A stretch of DNA of 64,000 bases from positions 227,709-291,708 of the forward strand of contig CAWIXZ010000001.1 of assembly GCA_963840205.1 (NCBI GenBank), given 5' to 3'. This document shows, piece by piece, positions 21,595 through 31,806 of the stretch. Origin of the DNA: an uncultured Chloroflexia bacterium. Lineage in GTDB: Bacteria; Chloroflexota; Limnocylindria; QHBO01. Below the pieces are notes generated by a model. The model was not told the origin of the DNA. It made no database searches and was given only the letters and a program-made list of their open reading frames with translations. Every line of letters begins with the position of its first letter. Position 1 is the first letter of the stretch. A program made the position numbers and the translations under genes.

Positions 21595-22725
21595 TGCGGT
21601 GTTCGGTTTCGGGCGGCGGGACAGGCGGGCACGTGTACCCCGCGCTGGCCGTGGCTCAAGCAGTCCGCGACGTCCGGCCAGACGTTGAGCTGGACTACAT
21701 CGGCGGTGCACGCGGCTTCGAGCGTCGGCTCGTGGCCGATCATCCGCTGGGCGGCGACCTCCGATATCACCAGCTCGTCGTGCGCTCGCTGCGCTCCGCG
21801 GGCGGCCTGTCGGCGCACACCGTCCTCGATCCGGCCCGCCTCGCCGCATCGGTCCCGCAGGCGTGGTGGGTCCTCGGTCGCTCGGGACCGGCGGCGCTCT
21901 TCACGACCGGCGGGTACCTCGCCGTCCCGCTCGTGGCGGCCGCGCGCGCACGACGCATCCCGACCCTGGTCTGGGAGGGCAACGTGATCCCGGGCCGGGC
22001 GACACGGCTCGTCGGACGCCTGGCCACCCGCGTGGCGGTGAGCTTCCCGCCCACGCTCGACGCCTTCCCCGGCAGGAGCTTCATCTCCGGCACGCCGATC
22101 CGCTCGTTCGAGGGCATCGACCGCGACAGCGGCCCGCCGATCGTGGGGCGTCGGAGCCGCCGACCGGCTCCTCGTCGTCTTCGGGGGCTCCCAGGCGGTC
22201 ACACGCCTGAATGCCGCCGTGGGCGAGGCACTCCCGCGCCTGCTCGCCGACTGGCACGTCCTCCACGTGTGCGGCGAGGCGGGCATGTCGGACGCGGGAG
22301 CCGCCCGAGCGGCCCTTCCGGGACCGATGCGCCATCGCTACATCCCCGAGCCGTTCCTCACCGACCGAATGGCCGATGCGCTCGTCGCCGCGGACCTCGT
22401 GGTGGGTCGCGCCGGGTCCTCGACCTGCGCCGAGCTCGCCGCGGCAGGCGTGGCCTCGATCCTGGTGCCGTATCCCTACGCCGGCGCGCACCAGCGCTTC
22501 AACGCCGCGTTCATGGCGGAGCGCGGGGCCGCGATTGTCGTCCCGGACGTGGAGTTCAACGGCGAGCGCCTGCTCGCGGAGGCCGAGGCGCTGCGCGACG
22601 ACGAGCGTCGCACCGAGATGGGCCGGGCCGCGCGGCGCCTCGCCCGACCCGAGGCTGCGCACACGTTGGCCCTCGAGCTGCTCGCGATGGCCGAGGGACG
22701 TCCACTTCCGCTGGAGGCCGGCGTG
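21594..22725 (+). CDS. murG: UDP-N-acetylglucosamine--N-acetylmuramyl-(pentapeptide) pyrophosphoryl-undecaprenol N-acetylglucosamine transferase. One frame change near 22140. The 3' boundary is unclear because the frame stays open into murB.
   Basis: N-terminus SGGGTGGHVYPALAVAQ (ORF 21591..22808). The C-terminal half is in ORF 22219..23706 (VVGRAGSSTCAELAAAGVASILVPYPYA). Confidence 0.8.
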
Positions 22726-23706
22726 ATGACCCAGGCCGGCGGGGTGCAGCCGGCCGATCGGCTCGAGGTCCTCGACCACCTGGCCGCGGAGCGCAGGATC
22801 GACCTTGAGTGGGATGTGCCGCTCGCCTCGCTCACCACGCTCCGCGTCGGGGGCAGCGTTGACCGGCTGACGACCGCCGCGACCACGGACGGGCTCGTCG
22901 CCGCGCTGCGGCTCGCTCGCGACGCGGGCGTGCCGGGCGGCGTGCTCGGGAAGGGGAGCGACATCGTCGTCGCCGACCGCGGCATCCGCGGCCTCGTCGT
23001 CCGCAACCGCGCCGACGCGATCGAGATGGACGGCAGCGAGGTGCGCGCGCAGTCCGGCGCCGCGATGGCCGCGCTCGTCAAGCGCTGCACGTCGGCCGGG
23101 CTCGGCGGCATCGAATTCGGCATCAGCATCCCCGGCAGCGTCGGCGGCGCGGTCTGGGCGAACGCGGGCGCGCACGGCGGCGAGATGAAGGACGTCGTCA
23201 TCACCGTCGACGCCTGGAGCGGGGAGGACGTTCGCGTCCTGGAAGCGAAGGACTGCGGCTTCGCCTACCGCAGCTCGAGCTTCAAGGACGGCCCGTGGAC
23301 CATCCTCGCGGCGCGGCTGCGGCTGCGGCGAGGCCATCCGGCCGAGATAGCGGCACAGGTCGCCGCCCACCAGGCGCATAGACGAGCCACGCAGCCGCTG
23401 GCCGACCAGAACGCGGGCAGCGTCTTCCGCAACCCTGTCGGCGACCACGCCGGCCGGCTCATCGACGAGGCCGGGCTGAAGGGCCACCGCATCGGCTCCG
23501 CGGAGGTGAGCACGCTCCACGCGAACTTCATCGTGGTCGACCGTGGAGGCAGCGCGGCCGACGTTCGCCGTCTCGGGGACCACGTCCGGTCCGTGGTGGC
23601 CGACCGTTTCGGCGTCGAACTGCAGTACGAGATCGAGTTCGTCGGCGACTGGGACGGCGACGAATCGTGGGCGACGCCCACCTCGCATCTCGAGGGGGTG
23701 CGATGA
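22726..23706 (+). CDS. murB: UDP-N-acetylenolpyruvoylglucosamine reductase
   Basis: Second half of ORF 22219..23706: LTTLRVGGSVDRL, FGISIPGSVGGAVWANAGAHGGE, AGSVFRNP, NFIVVDRGGSAADV. I propose the in-frame ATG at 22726, which sits inside the sequence GTGATGA. Confidence 0.8.
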   Translation: MTQAGGVQPADRLEVLDHLAAERRIDLEWDVPLASLTTLRVGGSVDRLTTAATTDGLVAALRLARDAGVPGGVLGKGSDIVVADRGIRGLVVRNRADAIEMDGSEVRAQSGAAMAALVKRCTSAGLGGIEFGISIPGSVGGAVWANAGAHGGEMKDVVITVDAWSGEDVRVLEAKDCGFAYRSSSFKDGPWTILAARLRLRRGHPAEIAAQVAAHQAHRRATQPLADQNAGSVFRNPVGDHAGRLIDEAGLKGHRIGSAEVSTLHANFIVVDRGGSAADVRRLGDHVRSVVADRFGVELQYEIEFVGDWDGDESWATPTSHLEGVR

Positions 23707-24825
23707 GCGATCGGCGGCTGCGCGTCGGGATCTTCGCCGGTGGACGCTCCGCCGAGCACGAGGTGAGCGTGGCGTCCGCCGAGTCGGTGCTGCGCGCCAT
23801 CGACCGCGACCGGTTCGAGCCGTACGTGGTGTACATCGATCGCGAAGGCCGCTGGCGGCTCCCGTCCGGCCCCGCGCCGGAGCTGGAGGCCGGGAAGTCT
23901 CTCGCCGGCGAGCTCGGTGCGCTCACCCCGGCCGAGGAGGTCGTGAAGCTGCGCAGCGGCGAGGACCAGATGCTGCCCGCAACGCTCGGCGACGCGAATG
24001 GCGCGCTGGCCGCGCGGAGCGCCGTGCACTCCCTCGGCGACGTGATCGACGTCGCCTTCCTCGTCGTGCACGGGCCGTTCGGCGAGGACGGCACCCTCCA
24101 GGGATTCCTGGAGCTGGCCGGCATCCCGTACGTGGGCGCCGGCGTGCTCGCGAGCGCCATTGCCATGGACAAGGTCGTCTTCAAGGACCTCATGCGCGGC
24201 CATGGCCTGCCGGTCGTCGACTACGTCTGGTTCCGTCGCAGCGCATGGGAGAGGGAGCCCGACCACGTGCTGCGCGAGGTCGCCGAGGCGCTCGGCGACC
24301 GCAGCGTCGTGAAGCCCGCGCGGCTCGGGAGCAGCGTCGGGATGAGCCTCGTGCACACCCCGGACGAGCTGCCCGCCGCGCTCGACGAGGCGTTCCGTCA
24401 CGACTCGAAGGTCATCGTCGAGGAGTACGTCGCCGGCGCCCGAGAGCTCGAGTGCGGCGTGCTCGGCAACGAGGATCCGATCGTCTTCGAGCCCGGCGAG
24501 GTGCGCTCGAGCCACGAGTTCTACGACTACGAGTCGAAGTACGTCGAGGGGCTGGCCGAGGTGGAGCCACGCGCCGACGTCGACCCTGACCTCGCCGCCG
24601 CGCGTGAAGGAGCTGTCGCTGGCGGCGTACCGCGCGGTCGATGCCGCCGGACTCGCGCGGGTCGACTTCCTGGTCGCCGCCGACCAGGTCTACCTGTCGG
24701 AGATGAACACCCTCCCGGGCTTCACCTCCACGAGCATGTACCCCAAGCAGGCGGAGCTCGCGGGCCTGGCCTTCGACGCGCTCATCGCGCGCCTGATCGA
24801 CCTGGCGCTGGAGCGGGACCGATGA
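23703..24825 (+). CDS. ddl: D-alanine--D-alanine ligase. One frame change near 24590.
   Basis: LRVGIFAGGRSAEHEVS, FLVVHGPFGEDGTLQGFLELAGIPYVGAGVLASAIAMDK and the C-terminal ORF 24604..24825 (LARVDFLV...YLSEMNTLPGFTSTSMYPK). Confidence 0.85.
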
Positions 24826-25736
24826 AGCTCAAGCCGCAGACGCGGCCGACCCGCCGCCCGCAGCGCCCGGCGCGGACCTCGCGCCGGCCGGCGCGTCGAG
24901 GCCCCGCTGGGAGCCGTGGCGCGCAGCGCCCCGGGAAGCCCCTTGGGAGGCGAATCGGCGCTCGCCTGCCTTCCCTGGCGCGGTTTGGCGCCGTGCTGGG
25001 GGCGGTGGCGGCGACGGGGGCGCTCGTGGCATTGCTCAACGGCCCCTGGCTGCGGGTGACGGACGTCGCCTTCGCCGGCCAGCACTACACCGCCGCCTCG
25101 GAGCTCGACCGCATCCTGGCCGAGCAGCGCGGCACCAGCGTCCTGGCCATCGACACCGTCGCGATCCGAGCCAGGATCGAGCGGCTGCCGGCGGTCGGCG
25201 AGGTCACCATCAATGCGTCGCTGCTCGGGCGGATCGACGCCACCGTCGTGGAGCGCGACGCCGCTTTCGTGTGGCAGACGGCGTCGGGGCGATACCTCGG
25301 AGCTGCCGATGGGACGATCTTCGCGGTCCTCGACGACGAGGCGGTGCCGGCAGACATCCAGCCGCTGCCGCTCGTCCGTGACGAGCGGTTCGTCGCCCGG
25401 CTCATCACGGTCGGCGACATCATCCCGGCCGGGATCGTCGGAACGGCGCTGCGCCTGGTGGAGATCGACCCGGCCGCGCTCGGCTCCACGGCCGGCGCCC
25501 TCAGCCTCACGCTGGACGACGAGTACGGCTTCCGCCTGGTATCGGCCGCGCCGGAGTGGCAGGTGGCGCTCGGACCGTACGGATTGGACCCCACCGAGAC
25601 CGATGCGGAGGCCGCGATTCGGCTCGACGCCCAGGTCGCCGCGGTCCGGACCCTGTTTGCCACTCGGGCCGAGGCGGAGATCGGCTGGGTGGATGTCCGC
25701 AATCCAGGAAAGGTATATTTCCGTGCGAAGGGCTGA
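24822..25736 (+). CDS. ftsQ: Cell division protein FtsQ/DivIB
   Basis: Basic N-terminus, a TM segment (FGAVLGAVAATGALVALL), and POTRA-like and beta domains. ATGA overlaps the ddl stop. Confidence 0.75.
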   Translation: MKLKPQTRPTRRPQRPARTSRRPARRGPAGSRGAQRPGKPLGRRIGARLPSLARFGAVLGAVAATGALVALLNGPWLRVTDVAFAGQHYTAASELDRILAEQRGTSVLAIDTVAIRARIERLPAVGEVTINASLLGRIDATVVERDAAFVWQTASGRYLGAADGTIFAVLDDEAVPADIQPLPLVRDERFVARLITVGDIIPAGIVGTALRLVEIDPAALGSTAGALSLTLDDEYGFRLVSAAPEWQVALGPYGLDPTETDAEAAIRLDAQVAAVRTLFATRAEAEIGWVDVRNPGKVYFRAKG

Positions 25737-26116
25737 TGCGCGGACCGGGACGCGCTGCCTTGCCGCTCCAGCTCGTTTCGGTGCCTGCTCTCATGTGGCT
25801 TCCACTCGTCGGCCTCGCGCTCGGAATCGCCCTGGGCCTCGTGCTCAACGTGAGCGTGAGCCCGGACCTTGCGCGCTACTCCGCGGTCGCGATCCTCGCG
25901 GGGCTCGACTCGGTGCTCGGCGCCGTCCGCGCCGAGCTCGACTCGCACTACGACAATCGCATCTTTGTTTCGGGCTTCGTCACGAACGCGCTGGTGGCGG
26001 TCGCCCTGACCTTCGTCGGGGACCGTCTCGGGATCGATCTGTATCTCGTCGCGCTCTTCGCCTTCGGGCTGCGCATCTTCCAGAACGTCGCGCTGATCCG
26101 GCGTCACTTCCTGTAG
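25736..26116 (+). CDS. Small membrane protein (DUF1290/Sbp-like) between ftsQ and ftsA
   Basis: Hydrophobic 126-aa ORF. ATGA overlaps the ftsQ stop. In Bacillus a small basic protein occupies the same position. Confidence 0.5.
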   Translation: MRGPGRAALPLQLVSVPALMWLPLVGLALGIALGLVLNVSVSPDLARYSAVAILAGLDSVLGAVRAELDSHYDNRIFVSGFVTNALVAVALTFVGDRLGIDLYLVALFAFGLRIFQNVALIRRHFL

Positions 26117-26170
26117 GCTCGACCGCATCCACTCGCGCCAGTGCCGGGCGCGACCTGAGCAGGAGGTAGC

Positions 26171-27412
26171 GTGGAACGCGAAGCGGTCCTCGTCGGCATC
26201 GACGCAGGCACGACGAAGGTGACGACTCTCATCGGTGAGGTCGGGCGCACCGGGGACGTGAACGTCATCGGCTATGGCATCGCCCCCTCCGTCGGCATGC
26301 GCAAGGGGATGGTCGCGAACATCGACCAGACCGTGAACTCGATCGCGTCGAGCGTCGAGAAGGCCGAGCGCCTCTCCGGCTACAAGATCAGCTCGGCGTT
26401 CGTCGCGGTGGGTGGCAGCCACATCAGCAGCCAGAACTCGCGCGGCGTGGTCGCCGTGTCGGGCCACAAGCGCGAGGTGAGCCGCGAGGACGTCGCGCGC
26501 GCCACCGAGGCTGCCAGGGCGGTCCAGGTGCCGTCGAATCGGGAGATGCTTCACGTCGTCCCGCGCGGCTACATCGTCGACGGGCAGGAGGGGATCAAGG
26601 ATCCGCTCGGCATGAGCGCGGTGCGGCTGGAGGTGGAGACGCACATCGTCGCCGGGGCGGCGACATCGGTCCAGAACCTGTCGAAGTGCGTGACGAACTC
26701 GGGGGTACAGATCGACGAGCTCGTCATCAGCTCGCTCGCTGCGGCAGAAGCGGTGCTCACCGACACCGAGAAGGAGCTGGGGGTGCTCGTCGCCGACATC
26801 GGCGGCGGGACGACCGACATCGCGATCTTCGTGGACGGCGCGGTCTACCACACGGCGGTGCTGCCGGTGGGTGGGATCAACGTGACGAACGACGTCGCCA
26901 TCGGCCTGCGCACGAGCCTCAACCTGGCCGAGGAGATCAAGATCAAGCACGGCAGCGCGAACCTCGCCGACGTCGAGCCGGAGGAGCTGCTCAACGTTGC
27001 GGTGCTCGGCGAGACCGCCGGACAGACCATCCAGCGCCGGCGCCTGGCGGAGATCATCGAGGCGCGGATGGGGGAGATCTACTCGCTCATCCGCGAGGAG
27101 GTGAAGCGCTCAGGGCACGCGGGGATGCTGCCCGCGGGTGCGGTGCTCACCGGTGGCGGAGCGCGCCTGGCGGGGGTCGAGGTGCTCGCGCGCGAGACGC
27201 TCGACATGCCGGTGCGCGTCGGCTCGCCGCAGGGCGCGGGCGGGCTCATGGACCAGATCGGCAACCCTGCCTTCAGCACCTCGATCGGCCTGCTGCTGTG
27301 GGGCGCGAACCACGTCGGCGAGGATCCGATCGCCTACGGCGGCGGACGCAACGGCGTCGGCGGCGGTTTGTCGCGAGTCGGCGACTGGATCCGCAACCTG
27401 TTCCCGGGTTAG
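26171..27412 (+). CDS. ftsA: Cell division protein FtsA
   Basis: Intact 413-aa actin-fold ORF (VGIDAGTTKVTTLIGE, DIGGGTTDIAIF, GAVLTGGGARLAG) with a C-terminal amphipathic helix (LSRVGDWIRNLF). Confidence 0.92.
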   Translation: MEREAVLVGIDAGTTKVTTLIGEVGRTGDVNVIGYGIAPSVGMRKGMVANIDQTVNSIASSVEKAERLSGYKISSAFVAVGGSHISSQNSRGVVAVSGHKREVSREDVARATEAARAVQVPSNREMLHVVPRGYIVDGQEGIKDPLGMSAVRLEVETHIVAGAATSVQNLSKCVTNSGVQIDELVISSLAAAEAVLTDTEKELGVLVADIGGGTTDIAIFVDGAVYHTAVLPVGGINVTNDVAIGLRTSLNLAEEIKIKHGSANLADVEPEELLNVAVLGETAGQTIQRRRLAEIIEARMGEIYSLIREEVKRSGHAGMLPAGAVLTGGGARLAGVEVLARETLDMPVRVGSPQGAGGLMDQIGNPAFSTSIGLLLWGANHVGEDPIAYGGGRNGVGGGLSRVGDWIRNLFPG

Positions 27413-27577
27413 CTGTCGATATACCCCCCGCTTGTCCACCGTCGGCCGCCGATGCGTGGACAACTCCGCGCCGAGATGTGGAAAAGCGACCACTCGGCGA
27501 GCCGGCGCTCGGTATCATCGATCAAACCCGTCGAGCGTCGGGTTCCACCCTCCACCCGTGCAGAGGAATGACCCCAG

Positions 27578-28837
27578 ATGCCGCTCAGATCGGACTCCGA
27601 GAACTTCGCTCTCATCAAGGTCATCGGCGTCGGCGGCGGTGGCAGCAACGCCGTCAACCGGATGATTCGCGCCGAGATGATGGGCGTCGAGTTCATCGCC
27701 GTGAACACCGACGCCCAGGCGCTCCTCCAGAGTGACGCGCCGCACAAGATCCGCATCGGCGACAAGATGACGCGCGGCCTCGGCGCCGGCGCGGACCCGC
27801 TCGTCGGCCAGCGCGCGGCTGAGGAGGACTCGGAGAAGATCTACGAGGCCCTCAAGGACGCGGACATGATCTTCATCACCGCCGGCATGGGTGGCGGGAC
27901 GGGATCGGGCGCCGCGCCGGTCATCGCGGAGATCGCGAAGGACCTCGGGAGCCTCACGGTCGGCGTCATCACGAAGCCGTTCAGCTTCGAGGGCGTCCGC
28001 CGCAAGCTCGTCGCCGAGCAGTATTCGGAGCTGCTCAAGGACAAGTGCGACACGCTCATCACGATCCCCAACGACCGCCTGCGCGAGGTGGTCGACAAGA
28101 AGACCTCGATCCTCGACGCGTTCAGGGTGGTGGACGACGTCCTGCGGCAGGGCGTCCAGGGCATCAGCGACCTGATCACGGTCCCCGGCCTCATCAACCT
28201 CGACTTCGCGGACGTGAAGACGATCATGCGCGAGGCCGGCAGCTCGATGATGGGAATCGGCGTGGGCACCGGCGAGAACCGGGCGGTGGATGCGGCAAAG
28301 GCCGCGGTGATGAGCCCGCTTCTCGAGGTGAACATCACCGGTGCGCGCGGCATCCTTTTCAACGTCACCGGCGGCTCCGACCTCGGCCTGTTCGAGGTGA
28401 ACGAGGCGGCCGAGGTGATCAAGGAGGCCGCGGATCCGGAGGCGAACATCATCTTCGGCACCGTCATCGACGACCGGATGCGCGACGAGGTCAAGGTCAC
28501 CGTCATCGCCACCGGCTTCGACTCGAGCAAGAAGCTCAAGCAGGGAAGCCGATTCGGAGCCGAGTCGGCGTGCGCAGTGGACCAGAGCCTCGACGATCGG
28601 AGCCGGGAGATCCTGGCCGAGATCGAGCGCGACCGCGAGCAGCGCCAGAACCTCGAGGACCAGATGGGCAGCGAGTCGCCCTTCGCCCGCCCAGGTGAGC
28701 GGGAACGAGAGCGCGAGGCGGCGGCAGAGCGCCGGCCGAGTGAGCGCACGCCGATGCCCGTTCGTTCACTCGAGCGGCCGTCGTACGGCGAGACCGACCT
28801 CGACATCCCGAGCTTCCTGCGCAAGAGCAAGAGCTAG
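27578..28837 (+). CDS. ftsZ: Cell division GTPase FtsZ
   Basis: [41 protein letters not shown], a disordered C-terminal linker and the conserved C-terminal peptide [10 protein letters not shown]. Confidence 0.97.
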   Translation: MPLRSDSENFALIKVIGVGGGGSNAVNRMIRAEMMGVEFIAVNTDAQALLQSDAPHKIRIGDKMTRGLGAGADPLVGQRAAEEDSEKIYEALKDADMIFITAGMGGGTGSGAAPVIAEIAKDLGSLTVGVITKPFSFEGVRRKLVAEQYSELLKDKCDTLITIPNDRLREVVDKKTSILDAFRVVDDVLRQGVQGISDLITVPGLINLDFADVKTIMREAGSSMMGIGVGTGENRAVDAAKAAVMSPLLEVNITGARGILFNVTGGSDLGLFEVNEAAEVIKEAADPEANIIFGTVIDDRMRDEVKVTVIATGFDSSKKLKQGSRFGAESACAVDQSLDDRSREILAEIERDREQRQNLEDQMGSESPFARPGEREREREAAAERRPSERTPMPVRSLERPSYGETDLDIPSFLRKSKS

Positions 28838-28944
28838 AAGCCGATGCGGGCGCCGCGCCCGCTCCAGACCACCGATGAGCCTCGGCACCCGCCGGGGCTC
28901 ATTCGCTGCCGGTGCACTGCCCGTACAGCGGCGACGAACCGTCC

Positions 28945-29075
28945 GGATTCACATCACGCGTGCACGTACGGTGCTCGATGCTCCGCCGGGCGTCCAAGTT
29001 CACACCAGGCGTGAATCAGAGCGGCCCAGGAGCCACACCGCCGACATAGCTCACGCCTGGTGTGAATTCGGCCGC
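28945..29075 (+). repeat. Intergenic element copy B: three near-palindromic TTCACAC-N3-GCGTGAA motifs
   Basis: Motifs at 28947-28965 (ATTCACATCACGCGTGCAC), 28999-29017 (TTCACACCAGGCGTGAATC) and 29051-29069 (inverted, TCACGCCTGGTGTGAATTC). Order, orientation and spacing match copy A. The element lies in the ftsZ-yggS intergenic region. Confidence 0.6.
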
Positions 29076-29106
29076 TTCGCGGCCGACTCGGGATAGGATC
29101 GAACCG

Positions 29107-29812
29107 ATGGCCACCCTGCCGACCACGGACCAGATCCTCGAGCGCCGCGCTGCGATCGAAGCGCGGCTGCGTGACGCCGCCGAGGCCGCCGGGCACGACC
29201 CGGCGCACCTGCGCATCGTCGCGGTCACCAAGACGTGGCCTGTCGAGGTCGCGCGTGCCGCACTGGACGCGGGCCTGTCGCTCCTCGGTGAGAGCCGCGT
29301 GCAGGAGGCGGAGCCGAAGGTCGCCGCGATCCCCGGGGCAGAGTGGCACCTCGTCGGCCGCCTGCAGTCGAACAAGGCACGGAGGGCCGTCCGTGCGTTC
29401 GCGGTCATCCACTCGGTCGACTCGCTCGAGCTCCTGACGCGCCTGGACGCCGCAGCCGTGGAGGAGGGTCGAGCATCTGCGCCTCCTGCTCCAGGTCAAC
29501 CTGGCGGGCACGCCCACCACTGCGGGGCTGAGCCCCGAGCAGGCCGCCGCTCCGGATGTGACGGCGGCGCTGAGCGCGCTGCGGGCGGGGCGGGTGATCG
29601 GCCTCATGACGATCGCGCGGATGGGGGCCTCCCGGGAGGAGGCACGCGGCACGTTTGGGGGGCTGCGCGCGCTGCGGGATCGGCTGCGGGAGCTGTCGGG
29701 CGTCGAGCTGCCCGAGCTCTCGATGGGCATGAGCGCCGACGCCGAGGCCGCCGCGGCGGAGGGCGCGACCCTGGTCCGCATCGGCTCGGCGCTCTTCGGG
29801 CCTCGCGCCTGA
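29107..29812 (+). CDS. yggS: PLP-binding protein YggS/YlmE (PLP homeostasis). One frame change near 29470.
   Basis: N-terminus RIVAVTKTWPVE...ESRVQEAEPK...WHLVGRLQSNKAR (ORF 29062..29910). C-terminus LQVNL...IGLMTIARM...ELSMGMSADAEAA (ORF 29558..29812). Confidence 0.8.
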
Positions 29813-29831
29813 CGGCTGCTATCCTCCGGCC

Positions 29832-30083
29832 GTGGCCACGCTCCTCGTCACCTTCATCCAGCTGCTTGCCTACGTCGTGTGGTTCCTGCTCCTCGCGCGC
29901 GTCGTGGTGAGCTGGACGAACCCGGCCGGCGGCGGAGGATTGGTCGCCTTCATCTACCAGGTGACTGAGCCGATCCTCGCACCCATCCGACGCGTCCTGC
30001 CGGCGACCGCGGGGATCGACTTCTCGCCGCTCGTCGCGATCCTGCTGCTCGGGGTGATCATCCGTCTCGTGACCCCCCGCTGA
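29832..30083 (+). CDS. yggT: YggT-family membrane protein
   Basis: 83-aa two-TM ORF following yggS, the usual position for this family. GTG start. Confidence 0.7.
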   Translation: MATLLVTFIQLLAYVVWFLLLARVVVSWTNPAGGGGLVAFIYQVTEPILAPIRRVLPATAGIDFSPLVAILLLGVIIRLVTPR

Positions 30084-30141
30084 GCCCTCACCGCGATTGA
30101 TGGGGCCAGAGGCCCGCGGCTATACTTCCGCCTCCCGCACG

Positions 30142-30218
<77 letters not shown>

Positions 30219-30236
30219 CACCCTCCCTCTGGACCG

Positions 30237-31432
30237 ATGCGGATCCTCCTGACGTCCGAGTCCTACCTGCCCTACCTGTCGGGCGTCACCGTCTCCGTCG
30301 ACGCGCTCGCGCGGGGGCTCGGCGCGCGCGGCCACGAGGTCATGGTCCTCGCCCCGCGACCCGCGTCGGGAGCCCCGATCGAGGAGGTCGGGTCCCCGGG
30401 CCCTGAGCCCCAGTACGCCTGGCTCACCTCGTACCAGCTCCCGCGGGTGGTGCCGTTCGGATACCGAATGGCGCTGCCGAACCCGGTCGATCCGGCGCTC
30501 CGCCGGGCTCGCCGGTTCGCGCCCGACGTGGTCCACGCCCACTCGCCCTTCGCGACGGGGGTCATGGCGCGACGAATCGCGCGGGCCGGCCGGCGGCCGC
30601 TCGTCTTCACCCACCACACCCGGTTCGACGACTACCGCGCACTACCTCGGGCCGCTCGGCGGCGTGGGATCGGCGCTCACCGGCGCGTACCTCCGCCGCT
30701 TCTGGCTCGGCTCGTCCGCGATCATCGCGCCGTCGACGGAGCTCGCCGACGAGATCCGCGCGCGGCTTCCCGCAGCACGCGCGGCGGCGCGTCGTCGTCA
30801 TCCCCACCGGTGTCGACGTCGCGGGCATCCGGGCCTGCCGGCCGCTCGACCCGCGGCCGGCCGCCGGATGGGCGCCCGACACCCTCGTCGTGGCCAGCCT
30901 CGGCCGCCTCGCGCCGGAGAAGAGCCCGTTGACGATCCTCGACGCCTTCGCCATCGCCGCGCGCTCGAGGCGCGAGCTGCGGCTGCTGCTCATCGGCGGC
31001 GGGCCGATGGAGGCCGAGCTCCGGGAGCGCGCGGAGACGCCGACGCTCGCGGGCCGCGTCCATCTCACCGGCCGGCTGCCGCGGCCAGAGGCGCTGGCGA
31101 TGCTCGCGGGGGCCGACCTGTTCGCCTTCGCCTCACGGACCGAGACCCAGGGCCTCGTCCTCGCGGAGGCGCTCGCCGCCGGCCTGCCGGCGATCGCCAT
31201 CGACGGGCCCGGCGTGCGCGACTCGGTGCGGGACGGCGTCGACGGACGGATCCTGCCCGCGGACCCCGCCGACACTCGCGCACCCCGGATGGCCGCGGCG
31301 CTCGACGAGCTCGCGCGAGACGACGTCACCCGGCGGGCAATGGCCGCTCGCGCGCGCGCCGACGCGGACGGGTTCAGCCTCGATCGCCGCGTCGAGCAGG
31401 TCGAGTCGCTCTACCGCTCCCTCGCTCGGTGA
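30237..31432 (+). CDS. GT4-family glycosyltransferase. About 2 frame changes between 30620 and 30900.
   Basis: N-terminus MRILLTSESYLPYLSGVTVSVDALARGLGARGHEVMVLAP (ORF 30237..30932). C-terminus with the EX7E region: RTETQGLVLAEALAAGLPAIAIDGPGVRDSV (ORF 30890..31432). Confidence 0.7.
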
Positions 31433-31806
31433 CTCCCGCCGGTCCAGGGCACCGGACCGGCCCGCAGCGCACACCTCCGACCTCCGTGGATGGCTTGCGC
31501 GGCCATGCATCGGGCGTACAATGCCCACCATGCGCGTGAGTCTCGTGGCCCGTTTCGTCAGCCATCCGGCCGTCCACTTCGGCACCGCTCGACGCTCGGG
31601 ACACCGGGCGTGGCTCGGCCTCAGAGCCGTGCCGACCGTCTACCACCGCCCGCGACGGCGCGTGGCCCCGGTCACGATCAGCGCGCTTCGCACGCAGACC
31701 AGCCGCTTCCGATTCCCCGCAGTCGGTCGCGCCAGACGCCTTCCGGCCCGTCGTACCGCCCTTCCATTCGGGCTTTCGCGCGGCCGCCGCGCGTAGCGGC
31801 GCAGCG

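Noticed and set aside
22219-23706. MurG-MurB as a genuine bifunctional fusion protein
   Set aside because: I do not assert it. The GTGATGA junction at 22723-22729 is the classic overlapping stop/start, one frame away from the murG reading frame, and the window is full of single-base frame errors. I report it as a finding to verify, not as a feature.
31433-31806. Glycine riboswitch upstream of the gcv operon
   Set aside because: I looked for the conserved ACCGAAGG and CTCAGGC cores and tandem aptamers and did not find them. I report the region only as an unexplained leader.
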